Shown: positions 1 to 14,179 of the stretch, piece after piece
Numbering within the stretch: the first letter of the stretch is position 1
Layout: every line of letters begins with the position of its first letter
Origin: Octopus vulgaris
Lineage: Eukaryota
Direction of reading: 5' to 3'
Length of the DNA stretch: 64,000 bases
NCBI GenBank assembly: GCA_951406725.2
Contig: OX597827.1
Location: forward strand, 1,922,001 to 1,986,000
Notes under the pieces: generated by a model
Seen by the model: the letters and a program-made list of their open reading frames with translations, nothing else
Databases searched by the model: none
What the model was told of the DNA's origin: nothing
Position numbers and translations under genes: made by a program

Positions 1-285
1 GGCGTCCTATGTTACTGTTTCTGTCTGAGAATTACGTTAAGGAAACTCGTGACTGTGGGATACTCAGACACTTAGAAACTAATTCAAGAGCAGCTTATTA
101 GGTTTATCAAACAACTCCATCCTCATTCTTGAAAAAAACCAAGATCCACCTCTACAACAAACAAAAATTTCTCATATCTGTGTGTGTGTTTGTTTGTGTG
201 TGAGAGAGAGAGAGAGAGAGAGAAGAAAATACGTGTGAGAAAGAGTGTGAGAGAGAAAGAGAGGAAGTATGTGTGTTTGTATATA

Positions 286-339
<54 letters not shown>

Positions 340-796
340 TGTGTGTGTGTATGTGTGTGTATGTGACTGTACCTACACATATAGTTTGTATTGAGTTCGG
401 TCAGTAATTTACATAATATAATATTTTCTATTATGTTTCTGTGATTTTCATCGAGTTATTTTGTATTTTTGTTTCGATCTTGTTTGCAGCTGCAGAGATA
501 TTTGATAAGAAATGGTTTCATAGAGATTTTCCATCTGTCTCAAATGTTTCGTTTTCATACGCTGGCGGCTAGATATATGTGGAAACTGCAGAGAAACTAA
601 TTACAAGATACACAAACACACATACACACACACCTCTCTCTCTCTACACACACACACGCATGCACGCACGCGTACACACACACGCAGCACTTCTCCCGTA
701 CAAACGCAACACATACATATAATATGAATATGTATATATTTACATACATGCATATATCTACACACACACATCAATCTCTCTGTTTATCTATCTATC

Positions 797-886
<90 letters not shown>

Positions 887-889
887 TCG

Positions 890-925
<36 letters not shown>

Positions 926-1007
926 GTCTATCTGTCTCTCTACCTGTCTATCTATCTATCTATCTATCTGTCTATCTATCTCTATATATGTATTCACACA
1001 TATATAC

Positions 1008-1055
<48 letters not shown>

Positions 1056-1114
1056 ATGTACATATATGTGTGTATATACGTGTGTGTATATACATACACA
1101 CATATATATATACA

Positions 1115-1155
<41 letters not shown>

Positions 1156-1457
1156 ATATATGTGTGTATATATATATGTTTGTATGTTTGTGTGTGCGTG
1201 TGTTCATGTGTGTGTGCTTGTTTGTGTGAGTGTGTGTATGAATGTATATTTGCCTATCTGTAGCCACGCGCGTGTGTGTGTGTGTATGGCCTCACACGTC
1301 TCCTTGACAGAATAACACACTGTTATTCTAGTCATGCTCCGTGACATATGCAAACATATCTACTGTCCTTGTTGAAGTTTGTCAAAATAGCAGATAATAC
1401 TTTGATCAAGTACCAGAACGTAGGGTTAGTCAGCGATTCTATTTGGTATATCTGCAC

Positions 1458-1640
1458 TTATAAGGGGAGACAGTCTAAAATTGTGGGGTTGTATGAATGA
1501 TGCAGTCGTTGTTCTCTTCTCCTTCTCGCTGTTTATCCCTGATTTTCCGATCCGCAATTATAAGGGGAGCAGCACAAAATTTCGGGTTGTATGAATGTTT
1601 CTATTGTTCTTTATCTTGGTTAACCCCGATCTCCCAGATC
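1458..1640. repeat. Old ~100-bp tandem duplication
   Basis: ttataaggggag...aaaatt..gggttgtatgaatg...ttgttct occurs at about 1458 and 1558. Confidence 0.7.
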
Positions 1641-3533
1641 AAAACGCTCCTCCCGTAGCAATAAAATGTTTTCCTCGTTTTACTCAATAGTACATCTAGG
1701 ACTTCATTATTTAATGCAGCACAAGTCGGCGAGCAGAACCGTTAGCACGCCGGATAAAATGCTTAGCGGCATTTCGTCCGTCTTTACTCTCTGAGTTCAC
1801 ATTCCGTCGAGGTCGATTATACTTTTCATCCTTTCGGGGTCGATAAAATAGGTGCCAATTGAGCATAGGGGTCGATATAATCGACTTATGCCACCTTCCG
1901 TAATAACTGGCATTGCATCAAAATTTTAAACCATTATTAAATGCTGCATTCATTTCATTTTGAGACAGTAAGATATGATTTCGGGAAAGTTTGGCTGCTA
2001 TTTCTCGCAGATTATGCGATCAAATAGATGCCCCATTTTTGATGTACAATAATTTTCCATAAGTAAATTAACCTCACACTCTTGTAGCCTGTATTGTGTA
2101 GGTTCTATATTTCGTACATTTGAAATAATCCAATGCATTGAATATGCTGGATAAAATAATGTTATTCAGAAGAGACAGCATAAGATATAATACAAAATAT
2201 ATTTGCTAAACCACTTTGGGAGCAAAATGCTGGGCACATTACCCAAATGCCCATAGATCGAAACAACATTCTGCGAAGAAATATATACCATTTTTTAATA
2301 TTTATACAGCACAAGTGTGTTGGCTACAAATACACAAACTATGAATATATACATGTATATATGCATATATACCTACGCTGGCTGGTGCAAATAATATTAT
2401 TCGATAGGAACTCATACAAGATCAAGGGAATCACCAATTGAGTGGTGTAGACCAAAAGCCTAGTAGCGTAGTGAACAAGGGTGACAATTATAACAAGACT
2501 TTTCGCTTAATATACCGGATAGTTGTGCTCCTGCTTGGTTTGACATTTGAAATCAAATTGTGAGCATATCTGAGTCATAAATATTAAATTTGGTTCCACC
2601 AAAGAACCCAGTACTTACAAGTCGACATTTTCTGTGATGATCGTAAACTGTGTGTTCCTTGTTTCCCGACATGGTCGCTGCTTATGTGTAGATTGCATAC
2701 AGTTGAGAGAAGCGAATGAGAACTCAATCAATATAGGCGATAAGATCAGAAATATTACGCTTAACTCTTCGCCCGTCATCCATGCATCGAATATGATGCG
2801 TATTCCCTGCATTTTTTAATCACCAAAGTAAATTGGGACATATAAAATGTTTTATATTATTCAGAATGTATTAAACAAGCTAAATGTCTCAAATAAGCAC
2901 GGAGCTTTAGAACAAACTTATGGAAATGATTTGGACAGGCAAAGAGTTAAGTCAATGCATTTAGAACTACAGCTAAATTTAACGGAATTGATTTCAACTT
3001 CAGTTTCCTGTTAGGCGAGATAGTTAAAATATTTGGCATTTTTTCACAGAAACATCATTATCTAACCAATACTTACTCGAGATATGAAAAAAAAAATCCA
3101 TATTAAATCGACTGGGAAATTGAATAAGTTCTATAGCACAGCTCGAATTTTAATCCTACCAAAATCATGATCTAGAAACAGGAGATAATTAAAGATTTTC
3201 AGAAGGAATTTTTTTAAAGTAGAAAATGTTCAGCCTTTATAAACGTTTGAAAATTTCGCCATTTTAATTTAACGTATAAAACAAGACGACCATCTTGCAT
3301 ACTTCATATACATATAGAAATAACAACAAAATGAAAAAAACAACAACAGTTGCAGCAAGTGCAACAAAAAACATTTTGATATAATATAAGTATAGTCTTC
3401 AAACTGATCTGCCTACAAGAAGGCGGTCTGTTTCGTTATGTTTATTTAAAAACTCTTTTTGGACATTTTATAATGCGTAAGTGTATATACATACTGTTGC
3501 ATATGCATACATGCATCTATATATGTATGTATA

Positions 3534-3611
<78 letters not shown>

Positions 3612-3862
3612 TGTATGTGTGTGTGTGTACATGTATACATGTAAGTTATAAAACACACTCGGAGAAAGGTGTATTTCTCAAATAAAAGAGAAATTTTATC
3701 CTTTATCCTTTAAGAAATGGTTGACATGCATTAGCGCATGTCTGTTATTTACACTCATCATGCACACACACACACACACACACACAGACACACATACACA
3801 CATGAGCATAAATGTACATTTATGCATGCATACGTACATAAATATATGCATATATACATGTA

Positions 3863-3894
<32 letters not shown>

Positions 3895-4453
3895 CATACA
3901 TATATATATGAATTCATTTGCACAAATGGACACATGTAGTACTCATCCGATCGCACACATTCACGCACACACACACACACACACACACACGCGCTCATAC
4001 AGAACCTTATTAATTTGTTATTTATGTATTATTACATTGCTATCAGTTTCAAGGTATTGTCAAAACATATTGTTGATGAGAAGAGGAATAATGATTGGTG
4101 GAACTGGTTGGTTGGTCGATTGGTCGGTAGGTGGAGTGAGTGGTTGGTTGGTGGGTTGGTGGGTAGGTGGGTGAATATTTGGTGAAGCTGGGAAAGGGAT
4201 GCGTGATTCATGTCCCAGTCATGTAATGTTCTTTGGATCAACATTTGATTGCTTGACCATTTGGAATTCTTCTACTGGACCAACGTTCGATATGGGGGGG
4301 GGTGATAAAATAAAATTAAACAAACAAAAAGAAAAAATAGAAAAAACACAAAAGAACTCTCACTCCCAGAACATGTTCGATGTGGAATGATAACTGGAAA
4401 AAATGGAAAGTAAGTTGGGATGGAAGTTAGCAGAGTACTATCATGTGTCCTGG

Positions 4454-4490
<37 letters not shown>

Positions 4491-5329
4491 TTAATATATA
4501 TATATATATACACTTAAAATTCAGTTGAATTAGGTACTTAAGTTGAGGTACCGTTCTAGGTCTGAGTAACATGCTTACTCAACAATATTAATTGAATATC
4601 AGACTCAGTGCATAAGTGCTGGCCACGTGACATTCTTGCAGTATATGCACCTGACGAAAACGGTTTCTTTACAATCCTGTAATGTTCTCATTAATTAATT
4701 AAAGGAGTCGTTGGAAACGGCCGTAATGGATTGATAACTGTACCTCTTTGTTGCTCACTTTTATACACACACACATATATATACATATATATATGTATAT
4801 GTATATATATATTTATACACATACACACACATACATATATATATATATATACATATATACATATATATATATATATGTGCATATGTATTTATGCATGTGT
4901 ATATATCTATACACATTCTTTTCGTTCTTGTATTCACTTAGTTATTGTAGTGACATAGTGATATTATTATGTACACACACACACACACACATATATGCAT
5001 ATATATACCTATGCATATATGTGTCTATTTTATTGTGGATCAATAATTAACATATGGATTGTTTTTTAGTAACGCCGTGAGATGTCACTTTTTAAGTCTT
5101 TGTTCGATCACATCGCTTTCATTGGCGTCGCTATTGATTGTAGTATTATTATTAAAATCATCATCATCATCATAATCGTCATCGAATATTATTACAGTTA
5201 TACTCGTTTCTCTTGAAACCAATCGCGATATATTCGAACTTGGCTTTATATTGATGAGCGTCCCCCACTTCATTCATCACCCTTGTAGCAAAAAGAAAAT
5301 AAATAAATAAAAAAGATTATTAATTATTA

Positions 5330-5408
<79 letters not shown>

Positions 5409-7117
5409 TTTCAACAGATTCACGCGATGCTCTGCTGCACCACAAGATCTACCGTTTTCAACTCCCGAAGCATGTGTAGGTAAAAAGCATTTTTCTTTGT
5501 AAAGAGGAGTAGGTAGAATCAATTTTTTACATATATTGTTGTTTTTTGCTGGTGTTCTTTAACTCCACGTCATCTCTGATCGAGCAGATTGACGATCAAA
5601 GGTATTCCAGACGTGACCATAACGTCGTATATCAAGGCATTGCGTAGCCAGTTCTATAATACATTAGGAAATGTATCGTTCACAAGACGGCACTGTTTAA
5701 TTTCAGGGAGATTTGGCTGTCATTTTCAGCAGATCAAGCGACCAGAGGAAGTTACCCCAAGAGTTGTTTATGTTTTTTGTGTGCTTGTGTTTTATTGTTT
5801 GTCAATTTGTTGGTATTACTTTTTATTATGTTTACCACGTTTAATTGTTGTTGCTGTTGTTGTTGTTGTTGTTGTTGTTAGCCCCAACTCATCTCTTAGT
5901 GAGCAGATCTATAATGAAATGTATTCCAGCCGTGACTACCTCGTCTTTTTCTTGGACATTTAGGATTGCATTATTTAAAGTGTTCTGTCTTTCTTTTAGG
6001 ACCGTAGGATATCATCTGAGGAAAATTTGGTTGCGTCTATCTCGCTGCTCAAATGAGTGCCGACAATTTCTCGTTTGTGTTTGTGTGTGTGTGTGGGGGG
6101 GGGGTGAGGGTGGATGTTGCTTGCCAATGAGCCAAAATAGAAAAAAGGTAAAAAAAAAATGATAATAAAATAAAGTAAAAGAAAAAGAAACGTGTGTCTA
6201 AACGGTCTACTGATCCACAAGAATTTACCCCGAAAAGCTCCTTCAACAGTCTCCACACACATACACACACACACACATACACACACACACACACACGTAC
6301 ACACACACATTAATTTAATGGCGGAAATAAACTGGATAAATACAGTGGGAGTATAAAAGTACTGTAATGGCCGTGAAGGAGACGAGATATCCACAGCTTG
6401 AATGTCGGTGGGGAAGGATGTGAGTGTATCCCCGTGTGTGTGAAATAGTGAGTGAAAGAATTCCTTATTTGTGTGTGAAAGAAAGAGGGAGTGTGTGTAT
6501 CTATGAGGGAGAGAGATAGAGAGGGTAGTATGTGTGTGTGTGTGTTGTTTTTGTTGTTGTGATCTTTGGTCATCTTTAATGAAAAAGCCCTATGATCAAA
6601 GAAACCAAAGAGTTCCAGCCAATTGTTCAACCAACTGCATTCCTTCTCGTGATTCGAACGTGCAAGTGGACGAGAACTCCTCAGACATGTGCACCCTTAG
6701 CGTAAATCTCTCGGCATAATGTATAACAAGGTTGGACCTTTGGATTAAAGGTGCAACAATCAAGGAAGGAAAGAAAACGGTGGAGGGTGAGGAAGGAAAG
6801 GAGGGAGGGAGGGAGGGAAAGAAGAATCTACCCAGTACTTGACTAGACTTTATATATCGATCCTAGAAGGATGAAAGGCAAATTTAACCTCAGCGGGATT
6901 TGAACTCAGAACGCGGAGAACTGGTTAAAAATGGAAGGCGTAGTGTGAAGAAAATTTATGTCTATATATGGTTGTATGTGATGGTGTGTTTATTTGTAGC
7001 TGCTTTTTGTGTGCGCATGGTGGCTACGTGATTGTGTATGCGCATGCGTGTGAAGGATCTGCTTTTTAAATTGGTTTTTAATGTTTCGTTTTATTCCTAT
7101 TTCTGTTCAGTCGTTCA

Positions 7118-7392
7118 TTACGAATAAGGGATTTTGGGTAATGCCGGTAAAGGTTTACTGTAAGACGTGAAGCTATTTCGTAACGGTAAATTCCACGGTT
7201 GCAATTTGCTGATACTGCCTCCTCTTATTGACTTAAGATCGATGACGTCATTGCTGTTGGAAGAAATCGGACTGTTGTTTCCCTGGTCGCTGTCGCTGCT
7301 CGAACTTTTAGCGTTCTTTGGTCGGCTTAGCATCGGTGGCATCGGTTTTCTGCTGGCGATCTTAGAGTGCTTTGGTTGTAGTGAGTAAGGAT
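7118..7392 (-). CDS. Protocadherin terminal coding exon 3 (DPYSLQPK...QPWNLPLRNSFTSYSKPLPALPKIPYS*)
   Basis: Strong acceptor ttttgctttttccttgcag|AT. Phase 1 matches the exon 2 donor and runs in frame into the 74-aa ORF at 7118-7342, ending at TAA. The sequence is non-repetitive and coding-like. Confidence 0.82.
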
Positions 7393-7717
7393 CTGCAAGG
7401 AAAAAGCAAAATCTGAATGAAGTGAAATCAAAGACAGGAATAAATAAACAACAGGCAAGAAAAAAAAATGTTTTGGTTCATTACGGTGGTGGAAAGGGGG
7501 AGCGGGTAAGAGAAAGGAGTAGGGGGCTTAGTTTACTGGATTGATGGTAGCAGACGTGAAGGTGGTGGTGGCGGTGGCGGTGGTGGTAAGGGGGCACAAA
7601 GGACCATTCGGTGAGATTTACATTCAGGACATGGAAGGGTTGAGAGGGGGCTTGGATAGCAAAACTGGAAATAATTTTATTCTGAGCTGCATTGTTCTTG
7701 CAATCTTCCTCCTGTCA

Positions 7718-7771
<54 letters not shown>

Positions 7772-8179
7772 CAGCAAGAGGAAGAAGAGTAGTAGTATCA
7801 GCAGTAGCAATATCAGCAGCAGCAGCAGTAGTTGTAGTTGTTTCTAATATAAGCACGAGACGATTTGAAATTCGTGTTAGTCATTTAAATCAAAGATCCT
7901 TGTACTTGAACTGGTACTTAATTTTATCGTCAACTGGCCGGGGCGGGGCGGGGCTAAAAGGCAAAGATAACCTTAGCGATATTTGAACTCAGAGAGTGAA
8001 GAACGTCAAAGAGAATGCGTCAAACATCTTTCCGGACGCTCGAACGACCGGAAGCAGAGCAAAAGCGGAATACAAGGGAAAAACAACTGACAAGAAACAC
8101 TAAAGAATTTACTGGCAGTAAACGGGTGGAGACGACAATAACAATTAAGACACATTCATAAATAATAAATAAATAACTA

Positions 8180-8560
8180 GGCGCAGGAGTGGCTATGTGG
8201 TAAGTAGCTTGCCTACCAACCACATGGTTCCAGGTTCAGTCCAAAAGCGTGGTATCTTTAGTCGTGTATTCTGCATATCGATCGAGCCCTTCTGGGTATT
8301 AGCACGCGTCTACGATGAGCGTCGTATGATTGTAAAAATATGTATGTGTGTGTGTGTGTTTGTTTGTCTCTCTAGCATTGCTTGACAACCGATGCTGGTG
8401 TGTTTACGTCCCTGTTACTTAGCGGTTCGGCAAAAGAGACCGATAAAATAAGTACTGGGCTTACAAAGAATAAGTCCTGGGGTCGAGTTGCTCGACTAAA
8501 GGCGGTGCTCCAGCATGGCCGCAGTCAAATGACTGAAACAAGTAAAAGAGTAAAAGAGTA
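8180..8560 (+). mobile_element. SINE family A (tRNA-like head, CORE-like segment), full-length copy
   Basis: Starts ggcgcaggagtggctatgtggtaag and ends gactgaaacaagtaaaagagtaaaagag. Many near-identical copies in the window. Confidence 0.85.
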
Positions 8561-8759
8561 ACAGCGTAGAATAACAAAATAAAAATTAATAAAGGTACCT
8601 ACAATAGAAGGAAACTATACAAGGTCATCCGGGGTACGCCTTGCCCAAAAGCTGATTACCTTCACACACTAAAAGCACGTACTTTTCCCCAGGTTTCACC
8701 CCCATCCTACGGTTAGTTATTTAATGTAAGTCTGTTTGCTGATTATTCTAATCTAACTT

Positions 8760-9560
8760 TCATAAAATATACTAGGGTGCAACAGTTTCCTCTCTACCTT
8801 CATATCTCTCCTGATTATGTGGGTTGATGAGGACTTGGTTTGAGAGTAAAAGGTCTGTTTGTAAACCTTTCAACCACGTCCAGTATATTTTAACTTCTTT
8901 CGTAACAGCCACCAGACGAAAGAGGAAAACTATTGCTCTTCTTTAATAAAAGAAAGCGTCGGATTACTCTTCACGATAGACGTGGCTCCGTCTTTCACAT
9001 GATAACAGCTGTCTGACATGTACCTGCAAATTATCAATCCACGGACACTGAATGAGTCAGTGTTAGGCGTTTTCCTCACCCTGCGTGTGTCTTGTCCAGG
9101 CTAGGATATTAGTTAGAGTCCGACATAGCTATGACTACAAAGTTTATCTTATGCACATAAAGCAGCACTGCATAATCAAAGACTTTCTCATGATTCCAGA
9201 CCAGAAAGTCTTCCATAGGAGACCAGTTTGACAGTTCCAGTCAATGCTCAGAATCACTCCCAGTCCACCGTCGCTGAGATCTTTCACTAGCCTCTACAAT
9301 ATGCAAGGGTCCACTTTCCACCGACTTCACGGTCCGGCTGGTTGAGTGCGGTGAAAACCTGGCAACATTCCAGAAGCTATTACACCAACCTATTTCTGCT
9401 CTGGAGCCCAGACTGCAGCCTAGTCAAAGAGTTGAGTTGCGTTAAGAGAGCATAAACAGAGATCATTCCTGGACGTGTTCGCCTCAGAACGAGCCTTCGC
9501 ATCATCCATCACGCTATCCCAAGGCACATTTATCGCGGTCTTTAGCAGGGATAGTAAAAT
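8760..9560 (-). mobile_element. Decayed L1/Tx1-clade LINE ORF2 3' region
   Basis: Minus-strand translation FIQCPWID...VRQLLS...LVAVTKEVKIYWTWLKGLQTD resembles the Tx1 C-terminal CCHC and downstream region. Contains stops and frameshifts. Confidence 0.6.
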
Positions 9561-10083
9561 TATGATTTTTGATATGAGCATAATGTCGGATCTAATGGTT
9601 AAGATAATCTCGGTATTTCACCGGTATTTATTTTATCCATCTTAATTGGGTAGAAAGAGAAACCAAGTCACCCTGAACGAGATTTGAACTCGGTTCTTAA
9701 AGGAACGTAACTGAATATGGCAAAGCATTTTGCCCGCCATTTTACCGACTCAGCCATGTTTCGTGTGTGTGACTCGAATAACGAATATGACTCTACCACG
9801 ATACGACTGACTTAAATTTATGTATTGACAGCTGTGAAGTATTGTTACTCTAATACATTACGCCTGTTGTCAGTTTTAATAATAACAGCGTTGTGAGTAA
9901 AGCTTTAGAAGAGAAGAGCATTAGAAAGAGAGCAATGAGAGGCGAAAGAAAATATGTTACTTCATGGACAGTTTTGAGAGATACACAAGAGAGACATTTG
10001 AGATTGACGGATCTTAGTATTGGTTATCCAAAGGAAATTTGAAGGAGAAAACAGAAAGGGTGATAGCGAGAGAGAGAGTGAGA

Positions 10084-10138
<55 letters not shown>

Positions 10139-11048
10139 GGGAAGTTACGAAACACGAAGAAGCCAATACCATTGTTGATGGTAAAAGAGAGGACAGACAT
10201 GTACGTGGTATTTCGTTGAGAAACCGAAAACTGTGACATATTTAATCAGTAGCTAAGAAACGTTATCTCGGAAGCAGCATTATAAATGCTAACCTCACAA
10301 AATATGCTCCAATTTCTTGTGGAATCTATACTGACGATATAGATTTTAACTTTCAGCAGCAAAACTGGTGCCAAACTGTAATTGAAAAGACGAAAATTCT
10401 TACGTTCCCTTTAGTGTTCTTAATATATAACAATATTCTTGCCTTCGCGGGAGTATGAACCTATTAGAGTGTGTCACTTCTGTATTTAGGCTGTATTTTA
10501 CAGAAAGAGCGATAAAGTTAGAGATAGAGAGAGAGAGGGAGAGAAGGAAAGAGAGAGAGAGAGAGAGAGAGAGGGGAGGAGGAGGAGGAGAAAGTCACTA
10601 GCGCTCTAAGGTTTTCCTGTATAATTTCAATGAAAGCATTCTGGAGAATTGACCGGCGGTCAAAAGAAAGAATCACGGTATTTCAAACTGACCAAGTCTT
10701 ATAACAGTCCAGGACAAACTGAATGGCACGCTGAACGAACAAAATATTTTGAAATGCTTTTAGTAGTGCGGCCCACCTGCTAATGGCTCATGTCTCATTC
10801 GACTTGTTTCTACGTAAAAGTTGTCCGTGCATGCCATATAATGTAACATCTATGTGGTTGTTTGATATGCTAGTAATAGCAGCCAAACCTTTATCATTCT
10901 TTAGCAAGAAGAGAATTTGGGGATTATGAAGTCCTAGATATGGCATGTTTGAAAGAAGAGAGAGAGAGAGGGGGGGAATTTAATCATAAAACCACTCTAG
11001 TAGGAGAGGGTGTTATGCCACAGCGGTAGCAGTAGAGTCAACAAACAA

Positions 11049-11086
<38 letters not shown>

Positions 11087-11430
11087 TAACGACAATGAGA
11101 ATTCAAGAGTTCTGGTATTGCAGTTGTCTAAAAAATAAAATAAGTTCTAAAGGTTGATTGTATCTTTCTCTCTCTCTCTCTCTCTCTCTCTCCACACACA
11201 CACATTTAAGATTCACATTGTAGTACTAGCAATATACATTTGATATATATATATATATATATATATAATGGACGCAGTTTGTGTGTCAAATAGCTAGCTT
11301 AAGGCGATGGCCTCATGGAGCTAATCAGCGACAGCTTTAGTCTTATATCTATAAGACTGCCATATTAGTATGGCGATAACTATTAATTTCCAGTAACGCT
11401 GTCGTAATCTCCTTTAGAGAGACTTAGTAA

Positions 11431-11467
<37 letters not shown>

Positions 11468-11539
11468 AGCCACCGACTTTACAGAGTTGTTAGAAATATG
11501 GATAGACTGCTTCGTAGCGTTTGTTTTAAAAGAGAAAGT

Positions 11540-11853
11540 CGGTAAGCTGCCAGAAACGTTAGCACGCCGGGCGAAATGCTTAGCGGTATTTCGTCTGCCG
11601 CTACGTTCTGAGTTCAAATTCCGCCAAAGTCGACTTTGCTTTTCATCCTTCCGGAGTCGATAAATTAAGTACCAGTTGCGTACTGGGGTCGATCTAATTG
11701 ACTGGCCCCGTCCCCCAAAAATTAGGGCCTTGTGCCTAGAGTAGAAAAGGATGCGTAACTTGTACTTAATTTACCGACCCCGAAAGGATGAAAGGCAAAA
11801 TCGACCTCGGTGGAATTTGAACTCAGAACGTAGCGGCAGACGAAACACCGCTA
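11540..11853. mobile_element. SINE family B copy (+, 11540-11750) followed immediately by an inverted partial copy (-, 11751-11853)
   Basis: Shared core GAGTTCAAATTCCGCCGAGGTCGACTTTGCCTTTCATCCTTTCGGGGTCGATAAA, which resembles the Meta/MESC-type conserved SINE domain (from memory). Confidence 0.85.
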
Positions 11854-11859
11854 TGCCTT

Positions 11860-11907
11860 TGCTGCTGCAACTACCAGTACTACTGCTGTTCCTGCTGCTG
11901 CTGCTGG

Positions 11908-11978
<71 letters not shown>

Positions 11979-11979
11979 T

Positions 11980-12053
<74 letters not shown>

Positions 12054-13000
12054 ATAATAATAATAATAATAATAATACTGCAATGAACAGTCACAACGGA
12101 GGACATTAATTACACCGCAGATGTTAAGTTATTGATTATTGATAGAAGTGGAGGAATATGTCTAAAGTCCTACAAAGAATGTTCAATTTTCAATTAATTC
12201 CGTCAATCTAAATGAAAATAGTTACTCCCGGTCCTCCTTCCACCTACACCACCACCACCACCACCACCACCACCACTACCACCACCACCACCACCACCAC
12301 CAACACCACTACCACTATCACCAACACAAACACCGACGCCACTACAACCAACAATATTGCTAACAGCAGTGCCACTATCACCAACACCGCTACCCCCAAC
12401 ACGCCAATACCACTACCACCAACGCAGCTTGTACCAGTACAACCGTTACAAACAACACCACTATCACCAGCACCGCTACTACTGTCACTACTAGGTTCCA
12501 CACCGACACCACCGCTACCGCCAACACCACCATTGCAAACAACACCGTTACCACCAGCGCCACTACTACCTATACAACTATCATTCACACCAACACCACC
12601 AATACTACCCACCACACCACCAGCATCGCCACTACCTATACTACTATCCCCACACAGACTCCATCACTGCTACCAACACCACTACGACGACCACCACTAC
12701 CACAAACGCAACCAACACCACTATTACAAACAACACCACTACCACGAGAGCCACTACTACTTATACTACTATCCTTCACACTAACGCCACCACTACTACC
12801 AACACCACTATCACCATCACCACTACTATCAACACTAACATTGCTATCAGTAACAATAACGCCAATACCAACACCACTACTACCCATACAAATTCTGCTA
12901 CTCGCACTATCATCACTAACACCAACACCACCACCATCATCACAACACTACCAACACTCTCTGCATTACCAACACTTTCACCATTGACCATCCAATAGCT
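11860..13000. repeat. (CTA)n/(TAA)n tract and degenerate (CAC/TAC/CAA)n trinucleotide region
   Basis: Directly visible; source of the Leu/Ser/Thr/Pro-rich pseudo-ORFs. Confidence 0.85.
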
Positions 13001-13029
13001 ACCCTCAGTCAATCTGAACATCTTCACTT

Positions 13030-13534
13030 GGTGGACGCGTCTCGTACCCAAATCTTCAGTGATAATGGACTGAACTGAACTGCACACAATCTGGGCATCC
13101 TCTGATAACTCACGGATGCTGATGCGACGATTTCCCCTCACAGCTGCGACACTTTTCTCAGTTCTGCAGGTTGCGGGTCTCCCAGAACGTTCGTCAAGAT
13201 CGACATTTTTTCGGTCATCTTGGAAGTGTCTGAAACACTCATACACTCGTGTACCGCTCATACACTCCTCTTCATACACTTTACGCAACTTTCTATACAC
13301 TTCTCAGCAAGTATCGCCGAGACAACTTTTTCTGTCATGGTCAATGCAAGGATTACACGCTACACACCTTCCTACCAAGCACTGCTATAAACACTGGAAG
13401 TAAGCTCGAACGTTAAAACTTAGTGCACATGCATAGCAGAGTTTAAGGTCAACTTTTGCCCAGCGGCTTCACTCTACGTGTTTTAGCTTCGTTACTATGC
13501 CAATAGTCCGGATACTTATTGATCAGACCTCATA
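13030..13534 (-). mobile_element. Truncated mariner DNA transposon: left TIR plus decayed transposase N-terminal HTH region
   Basis: TIR TA-TGAGGTCTGATCAATAAGTATCCGGACT at 13534-13505. Translation KVYEEECMSGTRVYECFRHFQDDRKNVDLDERSGRP...RRISIRELS...IITEDLGTRRV is typical of mariner paired-like HTH domains. Confidence 0.9.
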
Positions 13535-14093
13535 TATATATCTTTGAGAGAGAGGGGGGAGAGACAGTGAGAGAGCAAGAGTGGGAGAGCAGTGTGGTTA
13601 AGAATTTCGAGTTGTAACCACGCGGTTTCGTGTTCAATCCCACTGAACAGCAATAAATTCCTACTATTGCTCCGAGCCGACCAACAGCTTGTGAGTGAAT
13701 TTGGTAGACAGAAACTGTAAGGAGGCTTGTGGTACACACACACACATGTATATATAGATATGTGTGTGTATATGTGTGTATACACATCTAAGTCTTCACG
13801 TATAGTTCAGCACAAGCCACCAAAAGCACAAATATTCCGATTAAGCTACCCACTACAGCATTAGTTTAATTTGTACAGAGTAACATAGTTCCTCTGAGTA
13901 TTCTATATTTTCGTTTGGGATGATTAAAACAAAACGAAACATCTCCTCTGACGAACGATCAACAAATTCTGAAACGGATCAATCAGGAATTAGTTGAGTT
14001 CGTTTCTTTCCCCTCACATGGAAAGAATAGCACGAATACGTTTGTAGTATGAATGTATTTATGTTCTTATAAATTCCTTTCAGAACTAAGGCA

Positions 14094-14179
<86 letters not shown>

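Noticed and set aside
12212-12784. Thr/Pro-rich mucin-like 190-aa ORF
   Set aside because: Degenerate trinucleotide repeat inside the protocadherin intron, open in several frames and on both strands, with no splice or domain support.
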